Positions 32,201-41,471 of a stretch of DNA of 64,000 nt are shown here, piece after piece. This stretch comes from an uncultured virus (IMG/VR IMGVR_UViG_3300023205_000110). Its lineage: Duplodnaviria > Heunggongvirae > Uroviricota > Caudoviricetes > Crassvirales. The notes below the pieces were generated by a model that worked only from the letters and a program-made list of their open reading frames with translations, was not told the origin of the DNA and ran no database searches. The translations under genes were made by a program, and so were the position numbers. Within the stretch, counting starts at the first letter, position 1. Each line of letters begins with the position of its first letter. The DNA lies in IMG/VR virus record IMGVR_UViG_3300023205_000110, one strand, 5' to 3'.

Positions 32201-33726
32201 AATATAGTATCACCAAATAATACTTGTCCACTAGTAAATACAGCATCTTCTGTAAATCCAGTTCCATTATAAACATAACAAGCTATTTTAACTGTACTAG
32301 GTAAAGTATAAACAGATTGATTATTTTCATATTTATAACTTGTAGGAATAATAAAACAATGACAAGCAAGATATTCTTTAAGATTATGACTACCTCTACT
32401 ACCTACTTTTATTTTAGCATTATAATTAATCTTTAAGTATTCATGTGCTGCAATACCTTGTATAACTGTATCATTAAATAAAGTTCTAAAAGTACGAAAA
32501 GGATATTGATTATTATTGAATACTTTATTAATATCTTTAATTTGCCAATCAGCAGTACCAGTAATTTGAAGGCTAGCCATTTTAAAATATGGACCTTTTT
32601 CACTAACTGCATTAACAGTGGTATAATCATTATAATAAGCATTAACAGCTTTATTACGAAGTTTAATAGTAATATCTTTAACAGCCTCTTCTAATGTTTT
32701 ACCATTATTTAAAGTTCTATCATCGTTATCAGTTTTTTCATTATAATTAGCAATATATATTCTATTCTTATAATTAATGATATTACCAACATTATAATAA
32801 TTATAATAGTCAGTAGTTAAATCAGCAACATTATATTCAACAAGAACATCTCTACTAAATTTAAAAATATTATTATTTAAATCATCTGTTCTAAATGCTT
32901 GAGTACTATCTTTTTTACATACAATAAAACCAAGTTGATAAAGACCAGAACGACCTCCACTAATATTTATTTCAAAAGTTTGATTACATATATCTTTAGA
33001 ATCACTAAATGAATCGGTATTACCATAACAATAACCGTTTGGTTCATCTTTCGGTTCATAAACATTAGTTTTTCTAAAACAAACTTTATTAATAACTTGT
33101 GGAATTATAACATCATTAAAAATAGGAAATCCAATACTATACCATTTAGTATAATTAGTTTTATCTATCTTATATCTAATAAATATAAAATAAAATCCTT
33201 TATAAGCTCCACCACTAACATAATTTAAACCACTAATGGTATGTAAAGTTATTTGTGGAATAACAGATATTTCAGAATCAGGACGGTCAGAATCTAAATC
33301 AATATTAATAGTTTTAAGAGGAACATCAACAGAAGCATTACTTTCAGCAATAGCTATTATAAGATGATTTTTAACATTATAAGTATATGTTCCTTTAATC
33401 TTTCCACCATTATATTTCCAATTACTATTTACTCTATAACAATTATCAGCTTGTTCATTATATCTATAAATATAAGATTCATTAGAATCAGTATTAACAA
33501 TAAATAAAATAAGTTCAGTACTAGTTGGAATAACACCAACTATTTTAAAATTATTAATACCATCTTCATGAATAGAATTGGCAATTGCTTTACAATCTTC
33601 AAGCCCTTCTTCATTAACAATCATCCTATCATCATTACTCACTTTAACATTTTTAGCAGCAACTAATGAATAAGGTACACAATCACCCGGATGTTTATTA
33701 AGACTAAGTTTCTTTTGTATATTCAT
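29215..33726 (-). CDS. tail nozzle/muzzle protein (P22 gp10-like stabilisation protein)
   Basis: 1503-aa beta-rich ORF; SESE/WR.F..ENKG.ITNL..G-like C-terminal region; synteny upstream of the cargo genes. Confidence 0.7.
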   Translation of the reverse strand: MNIQKKLSLNKHPGDCVPYSLVAAKNVKVSNDDRMIVNEEGLEDCKAIANSIHEDGINNFKIVGVIPTSTELILFIVNTDSNESYIYRYNEQADNCYRVNSNWKYNGGKIKGTYTYNVKNHLIIAIAESNASVDVPLKTINIDLDSDRPDSEISVIPQITLHTISGLNYVSGGAYKGFYFIFIRYKIDKTNYTKWYSIGFPIFNDVIIPQVINKVCFRKTNVYEPKDEPNGYCYGNTDSFSDSKDICNQTFEINISGGRSGLYQLGFIVCKKDSTQAFRTDDLNNNIFKFSRDVLVEYNVADLTTDYYNYYNVGNIINYKNRIYIANYNEKTDNDDRTLNNGKTLEEAVKDITIKLRNKAVNAYYNDYTTVNAVSEKGPYFKMASLQITGTADWQIKDINKVFNNNQYPFRTFRTLFNDTVIQGIAAHEYLKINYNAKIKVGSRGSHNLKEYLACHCFIIPTSYKYENNQSVYTLPSTVKIACYVYNGTGFTEDAVFTSGQVLFGDTIFDIDNCKMRIAHSTIEPSYDFNERKKNDTLIPGEVYNFFIHFVDKYGDASRGYKLSNKDKYINNIVNDGSHCTIITFNWNNQGNGNIPYWAVISGDIPISTISSNIKRYIANHKIVVYTAEPINNPTTNILLNSSGELEATNKDELYTLISNYFIDYQDKDKYNDLYVYQVINSGSYTPCSNQVIGAIGVDNEAKFGYYENINSDELFRIPDLIFDAEAIGDEHTRGFIYNMNNTFNKFYIRANIDTTLWNQIKELGYVGWFISYEKVEPITRYTGLLTRKDYCNIASNVTWQDGSWGTKPGFVANNFTSDKCYLYSGRFDIDDSIKYDFNIIRIDGKCKFEPYKEKHDVVDMVVNTTYPYSYNMPVIGVISRNEYKPINNYKLVVADSVTDSRAGKGTALEMDDYKELLLDAETMFLATVLNCTKNIYTSKEKELVRLNDVCYNGGTYSIEHGYNGRMTYDGVLIYNDNGVIMNEGNYKLYTPTNNQYYYSGDEPCWFDIPFNVYIQFPLYSDKFFESKRFNNEPSKIAFSIKEDTDKKSVAFGTFVEPKNSVDLFKDPIGNVDQYVPKLLTQYRNDIINITRFDKTIRRSNVIQDESEVNAWRIFPIEGYKNITENKGSITNLVGIGYYLLVHTQHSMFMFDISAALKTRDENVQLYQPDAFEVDYKEVFTSDKGYGGLQDDLAYTVGEFGYIFYNDDFHKLYQFDDGQLKIMDEDIKLWLDKYHPNKVRFAHNKFNNRILIKFDYTYDNINPNTKESIIESHNEVISFNYKIGSFISLHDYYFNNAWSTKTKCYFQTEHNDDRLNCPLHVFTHEYNYGRFNTHMGDDSRSLYLVSKQEVGDEPILVHNSYIDIMVNESYELIKFLEFIKYKVHKIYIPIYSDNINNPVDLREHPYAGDILRIFNEDNDTDDIDINIDKLNEFNKYKKPWYELTQYNFNYFRNAIKEHPNTVSDKLRRVYGNYFVVRFIFNNSDNKRIEFESLECAQTQFRKL

Positions 33727-33728
33727 AA

Positions 33729-34625
33729 TTATTTAGGAAAAGTAAAGTTATAAAAGAACTCATTCCAACCACTATCATCATCACTTTGTTCATCTAATAG
33801 AATACTAGTCTTAATATCTTTCTTCATACTTTCCCATAGATAGAAAGGATTAGTTCCATATTGACTAGCAGAAAGATTAAACACAGGATGTTTATATCCT
33901 CTCATAAGCATACGAGCCATACAATAATAAGTAAGACCTTGAATTAATTTACCGTTAGCAGGTATAACAGGAATCTCACAATGATAATTATCACTATATT
34001 GAGTTTCAATATCTTTATAAACAACTGTTATACAAGTATCATTAAAATTAAGTTCAATAGTATTACCTCCAATAAGAATATAATTATGATTTGACTTATC
34101 ATATCCTCCACGGGGGGTCTGACAATGAGAATGAACTTCATGCTGACATCTTGGACATTCAGTATTATTATGAACTGTATAAACAACAGGATTACATCCT
34201 ACTTTACCAGTATCAATAACTTCTCTAGTTCTAGAACCATTAGGACAACAATCATAAGGCATACCAAGATAGTCTTTATTAGTAGCACGCTCCGGACTTT
34301 CGTCCTCCGCTTGACCCCCCGTAGAGGAGGGAGCAGATTCAGTATCACCACATCTATATTTACTAGTATCAGCTCTAGGTACTTCACAACCATTACTATC
34401 ATATACTTTAAGACCGTCATCAATAAGACAACATTTACTTTTAGCTATCTTATTAATGACGGTTAGTTTCATTTTCTTATCAACTTTACGAAGAACTTTA
34501 AGTTCATTCATAGCATCAACACACCAAGCAGGAACTCTAGGAATCCAATCACTTCCATCAGGATTGAAATCATTATCAAGTTTACCAATTATATGTTCTA
34601 TCGTAATCGTTTTATTATTTGCCAT
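33729..34625 (-). CDS. tail tubular/ring protein (P22 gp4-like)
   Basis: Start reassigned to ATG 34625 (MANNKTITIEHII), 4 nt after the upstream stop; Y.L.G..IELNF....I.V.Y..I...EIPVIP motif. Confidence 0.6.
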   Translation of the reverse strand: MANNKTITIEHIIGKLDNDFNPDGSDWIPRVPAWCVDAMNELKVLRKVDKKMKLTVINKIAKSKCCLIDDGLKVYDSNGCEVPRADTSKYRCGDTESAPSSTGGQAEDESPERATNKDYLGMPYDCCPNGSRTREVIDTGKVGCNPVVYTVHNNTECPRCQHEVHSHCQTPRGGYDKSNHNYILIGGNTIELNFNDTCITVVYKDIETQYSDNYHCEIPVIPANGKLIQGLTYYCMARMLMRGYKHPVFNLSASQYGTNPFYLWESMKKDIKTSILLDEQSDDDSGWNEFFYNFTFPK

Positions 34626-34629
34626 AATA

Positions 34630-35592
34630 TTAGTTTTTATATCTAGTTTTATTACCATTATTATGTGCTCCACGTTCATACTTTTGTTGATTAACATTTC
34701 TAATATATTTAAATGGAGCATTAGGTTCTCGTTCAAGATAAACAAGAAGTTTACTTCTTAATCCTAATTTAAGATTAAAAATATCATCAACAGTTTTACA
34801 TTCAGAATTAAGTTGTTTAGCATCTTTACCTCTAAGTTCTCTATTAATATAATTAGCATACTTGAATTTAATAGCACTATAACTATGAGTTCCATTATTA
34901 ATAAGTTGTATTTCATAAAACTCTTTATTAGTTTTATAAACTACATAAGGAATACCATCATACTTAAGTCCACGAATTTTATATATTTCTGCTTCTTCTT
35001 TATCATAAGGTTTAAGACCAGCATCAATAATTTCTTGTTTTTTAAGTCTAGTAGCGTTCCAATCAACATAAGTATCTCTAGGTTTATCTCTATATCTCCA
35101 GAAATTAATAACTAAATCACCAATTTCATATTTAAAATGATAAGCGTAGCCTTCAAGAACACATTTATGAACACCATAACTATAATACCTATGAATGTAC
35201 TTTTTATAATCAGAAAGACTTAATTCAGAACGTCTTGTAGCAAGTTTAAGAGCAATAATATAATCGTTTGCTTTTTTAGCTAAGTTACAATAACGCAAAA
35301 GTTGGAGAAGAACAATACGTCTTTCTCCAACTGTATAACTAAGTTGATTATTAATTAATTGCTCTAACTTATTAATTAATTCAACATTATCATTAAGAAA
35401 TTGAAACCCATATTCATTAAGATTAATTTTTAAATCATCTTTAATAACTTGATTTTTACTTTTAATATAAGCACGGCAATCAGCTTTCATCTTATTTATA
35501 ACTTCAAGTTCTTTATTATATTTTGCCATATCGTCATTAGAAGTTTCAATAAACTTTTTATAATAATGACTAATATCTATATCTTTAATCAT
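34630..35592 (-). CDS. conserved basic crAss protein, IHF/HU-like C-terminal region
   Basis: VLEGYAYHFKYEIGDLVI...VDWNATRLKK pattern and synteny. Confidence 0.5.
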   Translation of the reverse strand: MIKDIDISHYYKKFIETSNDDMAKYNKELEVINKMKADCRAYIKSKNQVIKDDLKINLNEYGFQFLNDNVELINKLEQLINNQLSYTVGERRIVLLQLLRYCNLAKKANDYIIALKLATRRSELSLSDYKKYIHRYYSYGVHKCVLEGYAYHFKYEIGDLVINFWRYRDKPRDTYVDWNATRLKKQEIIDAGLKPYDKEEAEIYKIRGLKYDGIPYVVYKTNKEFYEIQLINNGTHSYSAIKFKYANYINRELRGKDAKQLNSECKTVDDIFNLKLGLRSKLLVYLEREPNAPFKYIRNVNQQKYERGAHNNGNKTRYKN

Positions 35593-35595
35593 AAT

Positions 35596-36300
35596 TTATC
35601 TAGTTACAAAATTATCAATAGGAGTTTCATTTGTTTGACGAGGAACTTCAATAAGATTACGTTTAAATACAATCTCTTTAAGAGCTCCAATCATATCTTC
35701 AGGAATAAGAAATTCATCATCATCGTATTTAGCTTCATCATCAATAGGGTCATAATTTACATCTTTAGCTTTTTCAATAGTTTCGGTAGGAACAAGATAA
35801 GGAATTTCAAATGGAGATTCAATAATAATAGAACCTATATTTTGAAACCAATCTTTATTATTACTAAAGAAATAAATATAACCATTAATATAATCATAAA
35901 CAGGAAGATTACACATACCTGCAAGATAATGATAAAACTTAGCACTAGCTTCTTTTGCAAATGGTATTTCTATCCCAGTATGTCCGGTAGTTCTAATTGA
36001 TTGGAAAGGTAAGTTATTAATAAGTCTAACTGGCTTTGGAACTTCTTGTTTAGTACGTTTAATTGCAGGAAGCCCAAGAGTTTGACTATTATATAGGTCA
36101 CCATCAGGAACATTAATAATAGAAACACGAATACGTTGTTGCAAACCTTTATCAACATATTTATGATTTTCATAACTTTTACGAATTAGTTCATTACGAC
36201 CATGAAGAATAGCATATCGAAGATTACGTCTAAGAGGAATACTATTAGGATTGCCAACAGCATGAGCAAATTCACTAACTAATTGATTAAGACTAGCCAT
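35596..36300 (-). CDS. tail ring protein
   Basis: 234 aa; MASLNQLV...YDYINGYIY...DEFLIPEDMI; synteny. Confidence 0.55.
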   Translation of the reverse strand: MASLNQLVSEFAHAVGNPNSIPLRRNLRYAILHGRNELIRKSYENHKYVDKGLQQRIRVSIINVPDGDLYNSQTLGLPAIKRTKQEVPKPVRLINNLPFQSIRTTGHTGIEIPFAKEASAKFYHYLAGMCNLPVYDYINGYIYFFSNNKDWFQNIGSIIIESPFEIPYLVPTETIEKAKDVNYDPIDDEAKYDDDEFLIPEDMIGALKEIVFKRNLIEVPRQTNETPIDNFVTR

Positions 36301-36301
36301 G

Positions 36302-36583
36302 TTAAGATTGACTTGCGTTTTCTAATTGATGAACTCTTTGTTCAAGTTCATTAATCTTATTAGAATATGTTTCAACTTTAGTTTTAAGTTCATTAACTGT
36401 TTCAACTAATTCATTATGCTTTTGTTCTATAACTTTAACTTTTTGTTCAAGTTCAGTATTATTAGTATAATCAACAATAGACTTTAATAATTCAATTAAT
36501 AAGTTTCTATCTTTATTAGATATATCACTATTTAAACAGCATATAGTTCTAATAATATCATCTTTAAGTTTATCTTTAGTCAT
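36302..36583 (-). CDS. small coiled-coil protein
   Basis: Heptad C-terminus ending INELEQRVHQLE. Confidence 0.65.
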   Translation of the reverse strand: MTKDKLKDDIIRTICCLNSDISNKDRNLLIELLKSIVDYTNNTELEQKVKVIEQKHNELVETVNELKTKVETYSNKINELEQRVHQLENASQS

Positions 36584-36589
36584 AATATA

Positions 36590-36748
36590 TTATGTTTGAG
36601 GTTTGACATTTTCTTTTCTATTTTTAACATAAATACGCCAATCATATTTAGTAATTTTAAAATTAATAGGAAAATGATTAAGTCTATGTATAGAATAAAA
36701 TAGAGTTTTATCTCTACTATCAGCATAATAAGCTTTACCATTTCTAAT
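36590..36748 (-). pseudogene. start-less 52-codon gene remnant, possibly the 3' end of a deleted DGR reverse transcriptase
   Basis: Open frame IRNGKAYYADSRDK...KENVKPQT* preceded by an in-frame TAA and lacking a start; lies downstream of TR where RT normally sits. No RT motifs are retained. Confidence 0.4.
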
Positions 36749-36849
36749 TTAGTTTCTAAATAACGTTATCTTTTACCAAGAGGTAAGGTTATACTTCCCA
36801 AAATAATATTTATATTAATCTTATATTCATTAGTTTTAGGAATTATATA

Positions 36850-36954
36850 AAAGAAGCCGACATTAGCATTAGAATCTGACTGAACTCAATTAGAATTAAA
36901 GTTACTAGAGCTAGCTTTAGAACTGTTATTAGCGTTACTGCTAAGCAGAAGCAC
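36850..36954 (-). repeat. DGR template repeat (TR)
   Basis: 105-bp ungapped match to 37120-37224; all 21 differences fall at minus-strand adenines of this copy; rich in AAY codons; in-frame TGA, so non-coding. Confidence 0.95.
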
Positions 36955-37008
36955 TGTATCTAAATGTCAATCATTCTAAGAAATATAACCTTAAACATTA
37001 TTATAATA

Positions 37009-37084
37009 AACTGTTGCAGGAGTAGTATCGAGAAATGCAAAAACAGAAAACAAATTAATTAACCAACTACTCCTAACAACAGTT
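37009..37084. other. stem-loop between VR and TR (candidate DGR cis element)
   Basis: aactgttgcaggagtagt (37009-37026) pairs with actactcctaacaacagtt (37066-37084); palindrome tccacgtgga at 37084-37093. Confidence 0.6.
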
Positions 37085-37098
37085 CCACGTGGACTTAT

Positions 37099-38559
37099 TT
37101 AATCAAGTTTAACTGTAGTAAAGAAGCCGACATGAGCAGAAGAATCCGACCGAACCCAAGAAGAATAAAAGCAACCAGAGCCAGCCGCAGAACCGTTATG
37201 AGCGTCACCGCCAAGCAGAAGCACACGAGCAGCTTTATCTGTATCTTGCCCATCATTACCTCTTTTCCAATTATAATCAACTTTTTTATTACTTCCAACT
37301 TTATTAGGAATAAAATAAACTCCTCTTTGAAAATCAAATTCAGTAATAAAATTATTAGTATTAGCTTGATATCCAATTAGATAACATTTTTCATTAACAT
37401 TATCTTTTGTAACATCAGCGTGATTAACTCCTTTTTTAAGAATATAAACATAATTATAATCTTTATCTTTATTGATAATGACTACATCTCTAATAAATGT
37501 CCATATATCTCCAAAGAAATTTAGAATACCACGATAAATAGCGGGATAAGTACTTAAATTACTTCCATCTGCATTATAATTTCCTAATTCATAATGGTCA
37601 CCATTAGTACTACCATTACCAATATTATGTTCAGCAGTCCAATAAGTTTGTACAATAGGATTATTACCATTAAAAGCTGTCCATCTTTCCCAATTTAAAT
37701 TTGTAACACCAGCGCCAAGACCACCTTGTTTAAATCCATCACTAGTTAAATTAGTATTTAATGCAGCTTGATTATCAAAATTAGCATACTCAATATAACA
37801 AAGAGCTTGTAAAGCACAATACTCAAGATAATCAATCATCGTAATCCAATCTCCGCGATTAGCACAAAATTCATTGGCTTTATCGTAATTAATACCGGTT
37901 CTAGGTCTACCTTGTAATTTAATAGCATTAACAGAAGAATTTTTATCTCCTCCTAAATATCTAGCATCATCGGGTTTAATACAAGCACTAAATACTTCTT
38001 CTTTACCATCTTCTCTAGTTCTAGTCATAGTTTTGGTATGACTTATAATAAAAGGATGAACTCTAGTAAATGTTCCATCAATATTAAAATCACTTATCCA
38101 AAGTTGATATTTAGTACCAGTATCTTTAACGCACATATAAAACTCTGGAATTCTTACCCCAACATCGCCATCACTTCCATCAAGAGGAGGAATAAGACCA
38201 TTTTCAAGAGGTTTAGCCCAACCCGTAGGATTAAGGAAATAACTGATTTTCTTTTCATTATAGACACAACCTTTAAGTCTATTTTGAATAGGAAGTTCTC
38301 TATGAAATTTAGCATTACCAATTCTAATTATATCATTATCATCTTTAGTCCATTCAATACCATAAGCAGCATTTTCAAAAGTAGGAATAAATGCAGCAGA
38401 ACCCCAAGCTGGATTACCTTGTTCATTAATAATTAAACTATCTCCTTTAGATACTCCATCTAAATTAGGTAGATGTTTAAGTCCTTCTGCAAGTTCATTT
38501 AGTATATGCTTGTTAAATCTTAACAAGCCATTATACATTTCTACTAAATTAAAATTCAT
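37099..38559 (-). CDS. DGR target protein with CLec/FGE-type C-terminus, putative receptor-binding fibre
   Basis: YRGILNFFGDIWTF and LLLGG...GSG.F.S......S..VGF motifs; carries the VR. Confidence 0.85.
   Translation of the reverse strand: MNFNLVEMYNGLLRFNKHILNELAEGLKHLPNLDGVSKGDSLIINEQGNPAWGSAAFIPTFENAAYGIEWTKDDNDIIRIGNAKFHRELPIQNRLKGCVYNEKKISYFLNPTGWAKPLENGLIPPLDGSDGDVGVRIPEFYMCVKDTGTKYQLWISDFNIDGTFTRVHPFIISHTKTMTRTREDGKEEVFSACIKPDDARYLGGDKNSSVNAIKLQGRPRTGINYDKANEFCANRGDWITMIDYLEYCALQALCYIEYANFDNQAALNTNLTSDGFKQGGLGAGVTNLNWERWTAFNGNNPIVQTYWTAEHNIGNGSTNGDHYELGNYNADGSNLSTYPAIYRGILNFFGDIWTFIRDVVIINKDKDYNYVYILKKGVNHADVTKDNVNEKCYLIGYQANTNNFITEFDFQRGVYFIPNKVGSNKKVDYNWKRGNDGQDTDKAARVLLLGGDAHNGSAAGSGCFYSSWVRSDSSAHVGFFTTVKLD
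37120..37224 (-). repeat. DGR variable repeat (VR)
   Basis: Encodes VLLLGGDAHNGSAAGSGCFYSSWVRSDSSAHVGFF at the target C-terminus. Confidence 0.95.
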
Positions 38560-38560
38560 G

Positions 38561-39064
38561 TTAAGCTTGTTCTAGAGCATCAACTCGACCATCAAGAGAA
38601 TTAATATTATTAGTATTTTGATTAACTTTAGTTACAAGTCCTTGAAGAGCAGTAATTATAGCATCGTTTTTAGTATCATTGCTAGCTTTCATATCATTAA
38701 CGGCAGCAATTAAAGCATTAAACTTACCTTGTAATGCACTACTCATATTCTTTATATTTGTATCAATAGTAGTAAGTTTATCACTAATAGTAGCTAAATC
38801 AGAATGAACTAAATCAAATTTTTCAGTAATAAGAGTTTGAGTTTCATCTGATTCACTTTTATGTTGATTTTCAAATTCATCAAATTCAGCTTTAACCATT
38901 TCATGTAATTCAGTAATCTTTTGACTAATCTCATCAAGATTAACTATAACATTATTTTCTCCAAGCTCATCATGTTCTTTATTACCAGAAATACTAAGTT
39001 TAAGATTATTAATAAGTTTATTAATAGCATCTAACTTATAATTAACTCTTTTATCATCTTCCAT
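38561..39064 (-). CDS. coiled-coil fibre-associated protein
   Basis: Heptads ending INSLDGRVDALEQA; TATATTTG (-7-like) element at 39087-39094 upstream. Confidence 0.6.
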   Translation of the reverse strand: MEDDKRVNYKLDAINKLINNLKLSISGNKEHDELGENNVIVNLDEISQKITELHEMVKAEFDEFENQHKSESDETQTLITEKFDLVHSDLATISDKLTTIDTNIKNMSSALQGKFNALIAAVNDMKASNDTKNDAIITALQGLVTKVNQNTNNINSLDGRVDALEQA

Positions 39065-39145
39065 ATCTTTAGAATTTAGTTTGTTACAAATATAAATTAT
39101 ATTATTAATAACAAGTAGTTTAACTATATTATTAACATTTTTTAA

Positions 39146-39487
39146 TTAAGCAGTTTTAGAACTATTAATACCTAGATATTTAGTCCAAGTATAATGTTTA
39201 CGTTCACTAATATAATCAAGATTATCATCATTAATATGAGCTTCTTCTTCAAAACTTACATCTTTATAAGCATCATGTTGTTTAATATGAAATAGTCTTA
39301 TAATAAGATATTCAACACCATACCATATATAGAAAAAGATATATAACATCTCTTTCATTTGTTCTGTATGAATAGCTTCATGATTAAGTTCTTTATTACT
39401 TAATTCACCTTTAGTAAATATAATACCAAAAAGATTAATAGCTTTATAACCATTAAAAGGAAAATGTTTAGTCTTAATAACTCTCAT
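39146..39487 (-). CDS. small zincin-like metalloprotein
   Basis: AINLFG...LNHEAIHTEQ (HExxH)...AY..VSFEEEA. Confidence 0.7.
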   Translation of the reverse strand: MRVIKTKHFPFNGYKAINLFGIIFTKGELSNKELNHEAIHTEQMKEMLYIFFYIWYGVEYLIIRLFHIKQHDAYKDVSFEEEAHINDDNLDYISERKHYTWTKYLGINSSKTA

Positions 39488-39695
39488 AACTTTATTATTT
39501 TAAAATTTAATATTGTAAATATTTATGTACGTCCATAGAGTCACTTTTTAGGCTCATAGCAAGACTTTCATTAAATCATGTACAGTTAATCAGCTAGGTT
39601 TAAAACTAGCCAAATTCGGCAAGCTATACTCCCCGTAGAGGATGGAGCAGGCTTGAATCAGTCAATCAAATCTAGCTAATCAATCTTATACAATC

Positions 39696-40025
39696 TTAAC
39701 CAATAATATTATCAATATCTTTATAACCAATTCCAAGTTTCTTTAGAATAGGACTAACAACCCAACTCCAAAACACAGGAGCAAGAACAGCACTATTAAC
39801 AAGCATAATAGTATTATCATACCCAGATGCAATATAAATCATAGCCATAGTAAAAATACTTATTACTAATACACATCGTTTTTGCCAAGTAGGAACTTTA
39901 TTATCACCATTAAAGTAATCAATAACTTTAATAATAATATAAGTTAGAACATTAACAATAAACATAAATCCAAAATCAAAATTACTAAGGATTCCATCTA
40001 CAATTACATCAATAAATTTGTCCAT
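39696..40025 (-). CDS. holin-like membrane protein
   Basis: 109 aa, about three hydrophobic segments, charged C-terminus. Confidence 0.55.
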   Translation of the reverse strand: MDKFIDVIVDGILSNFDFGFMFIVNVLTYIIIKVIDYFNGDNKVPTWQKRCVLVISIFTMAMIYIASGYDNTIMLVNSAVLAPVFWSWVVSPILKKLGIGYKDIDNIIG

Positions 40026-40043
40026 ACTAAAATTTAGATAAAT

Positions 40044-40077
40044 AAAAAAGGGAACTATCCGAAGATAATTCCCTTTT
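40044..40077 (-). terminator. intrinsic terminator
   Basis: Minus strand aaaagggaattatc-TTCG-gatagttccc-tttttt (cUUCGg loop). Confidence 0.85.
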
Positions 40078-40095
40078 ACAGTTTTACAATAATGA

Positions 40096-40476
40096 TTAGT
40101 TATTCATGTGGAAATATTCCCATACTTTATCACCATCAAAATCTACATCTTTAAACCAAAATGTAATAGCACTTTCAAACACTTTATTATCTATATTACC
40201 ACCAAACCATTCTTCAAATAGTTTAGCATAATCATGATATTGAGCATTAATTGCAACATAAACATCACAAGGTTCAACATCATTAGGCAATACTTCTTTA
40301 TAGCGTTCACAAATCTCATGAGCTTTATTCATATCATATTTTTCACCAATATATTTCTTATTGTCTTTAACATGATACATTTGTTCTACAACTTCTTTAG
40401 CTTCATACTCATCAAAATGATAGCCATCGTCATTATATCCACCGCTCATAAGCATAGTTAAAATCTTTTTGTTCAT
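40096..40476 (-). CDS. hypothetical protein, possibly N-terminally truncated
   Basis: HFDEYEAK...DVYVAINAQYHDY...FWFKDVD...KVWEYF; start overlaps a short upstream ORF. Confidence 0.6.
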   Translation of the reverse strand: MNKKILTMLMSGGYNDDGYHFDEYEAKEVVEQMYHVKDNKKYIGEKYDMNKAHEICERYKEVLPNDVEPCDVYVAINAQYHDYAKLFEEWFGGNIDNKVFESAITFWFKDVDFDGDKVWEYFHMNN

Positions 40477-40555
40477 CAATGCTATTAGTCATTTTTTCAC
40501 TAGGGTATAGTAAAGGGTCACTATTACCTAGTATGAATTGAGTAACAGGTATCAT
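40433..40555 (-). pseudogene. short 40-codon ORF, likely a truncated gene start
   Basis: MIPVTQFILGNSDPLLYPSEKMTNSIDEQKDFNYAYERWI*; starts 40 nt after the previous stop and runs out of frame into the next gene. Confidence 0.4.
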
Positions 40556-40595
40556 ATCTCTTTCAATTTTATGTTCTTAATCAAACTTAGTAATA

Positions 40596-41366
40596 TTACT
40601 GAGCAGGAGTTCCGCTAGCAGGTTGAGTAAAACCACATGGTAAACATCCACAAGCATTACGTCCAACTAGACCAGTAACAGTAGGTTCATTTGGAAGAGT
40701 AACTACACCATAGATAACATTACAAGTCTTTCTATCAGTATAGTTGATACCAGCCGTAAACATCTTTTCCATTTCGCATTGGATAAGTTTATCTTGATAA
40801 GGACGAATAGCTTTAGTAACAGCCAATTCAGCTTTCAAATCAGATAACTCTTTACGGATATCATCATCAGCATCACGAGTATATTTGTAAAGATTAAAAT
40901 GGTCAGTGTTATTTTTCTCAATAAGAGCATCAGTACGATTACGCCCGTCAATATAAACACCAAACAATTCACTATTAAGACGTTCTCTATCTTCAAAACG
41001 TTGATTCTGTTGAGTCAAAGCCCATTGATAAAGACCACCTTGAAGAGCTAAAGTATCTTCACAAGATTTTTCCCATGCTTGAAAAGCAGTAGGGGCACCG
41101 CTTCCACTACCAGCAGTAGCACCAAGTACGTTAATATTAGTAGAGCCATCACCTAACATTCCACCACCAGCGCCACCTAAAATACTAGCACCAGCAGAAC
41201 GACGATTACCAAACAAAGCCCAAGCACCAAGTGCAGTACCGATAATACCAAGAGTTAAACCTGCATTAGCTTTACCGTTTACATCACGACGATTACCACC
41301 GTCATAATTCATTCCAGCACCATTATAGCCCTCTGGAACAACTTTCACTTTTTCAATTACTTGCAT
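40596..41366 (-). CDS. membrane-anchored Gly-rich/coiled-coil protein
   Basis: GKANAGLTLGIIGTALG TM segment, coiled coil, Cys-rich tail. Confidence 0.65.
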   Translation of the reverse strand: MQVIEKVKVVPEGYNGAGMNYDGGNRRDVNGKANAGLTLGIIGTALGAWALFGNRRSAGASILGGAGGGMLGDGSTNINVLGATAGSGSGAPTAFQAWEKSCEDTLALQGGLYQWALTQQNQRFEDRERLNSELFGVYIDGRNRTDALIEKNNTDHFNLYKYTRDADDDIRKELSDLKAELAVTKAIRPYQDKLIQCEMEKMFTAGINYTDRKTCNVIYGVVTLPNEPTVTGLVGRNACGCLPCGFTQPASGTPAQ

Positions 41367-41471
41367 AATAAATTAAGGTTTAAGTTAAAAAAATAGATTA
41401 ATACTTGTAGTTTGAACTACATAATCTATAACACTTAAACCGTTATTTTTTGTTTGGTAATTAACATTAAT

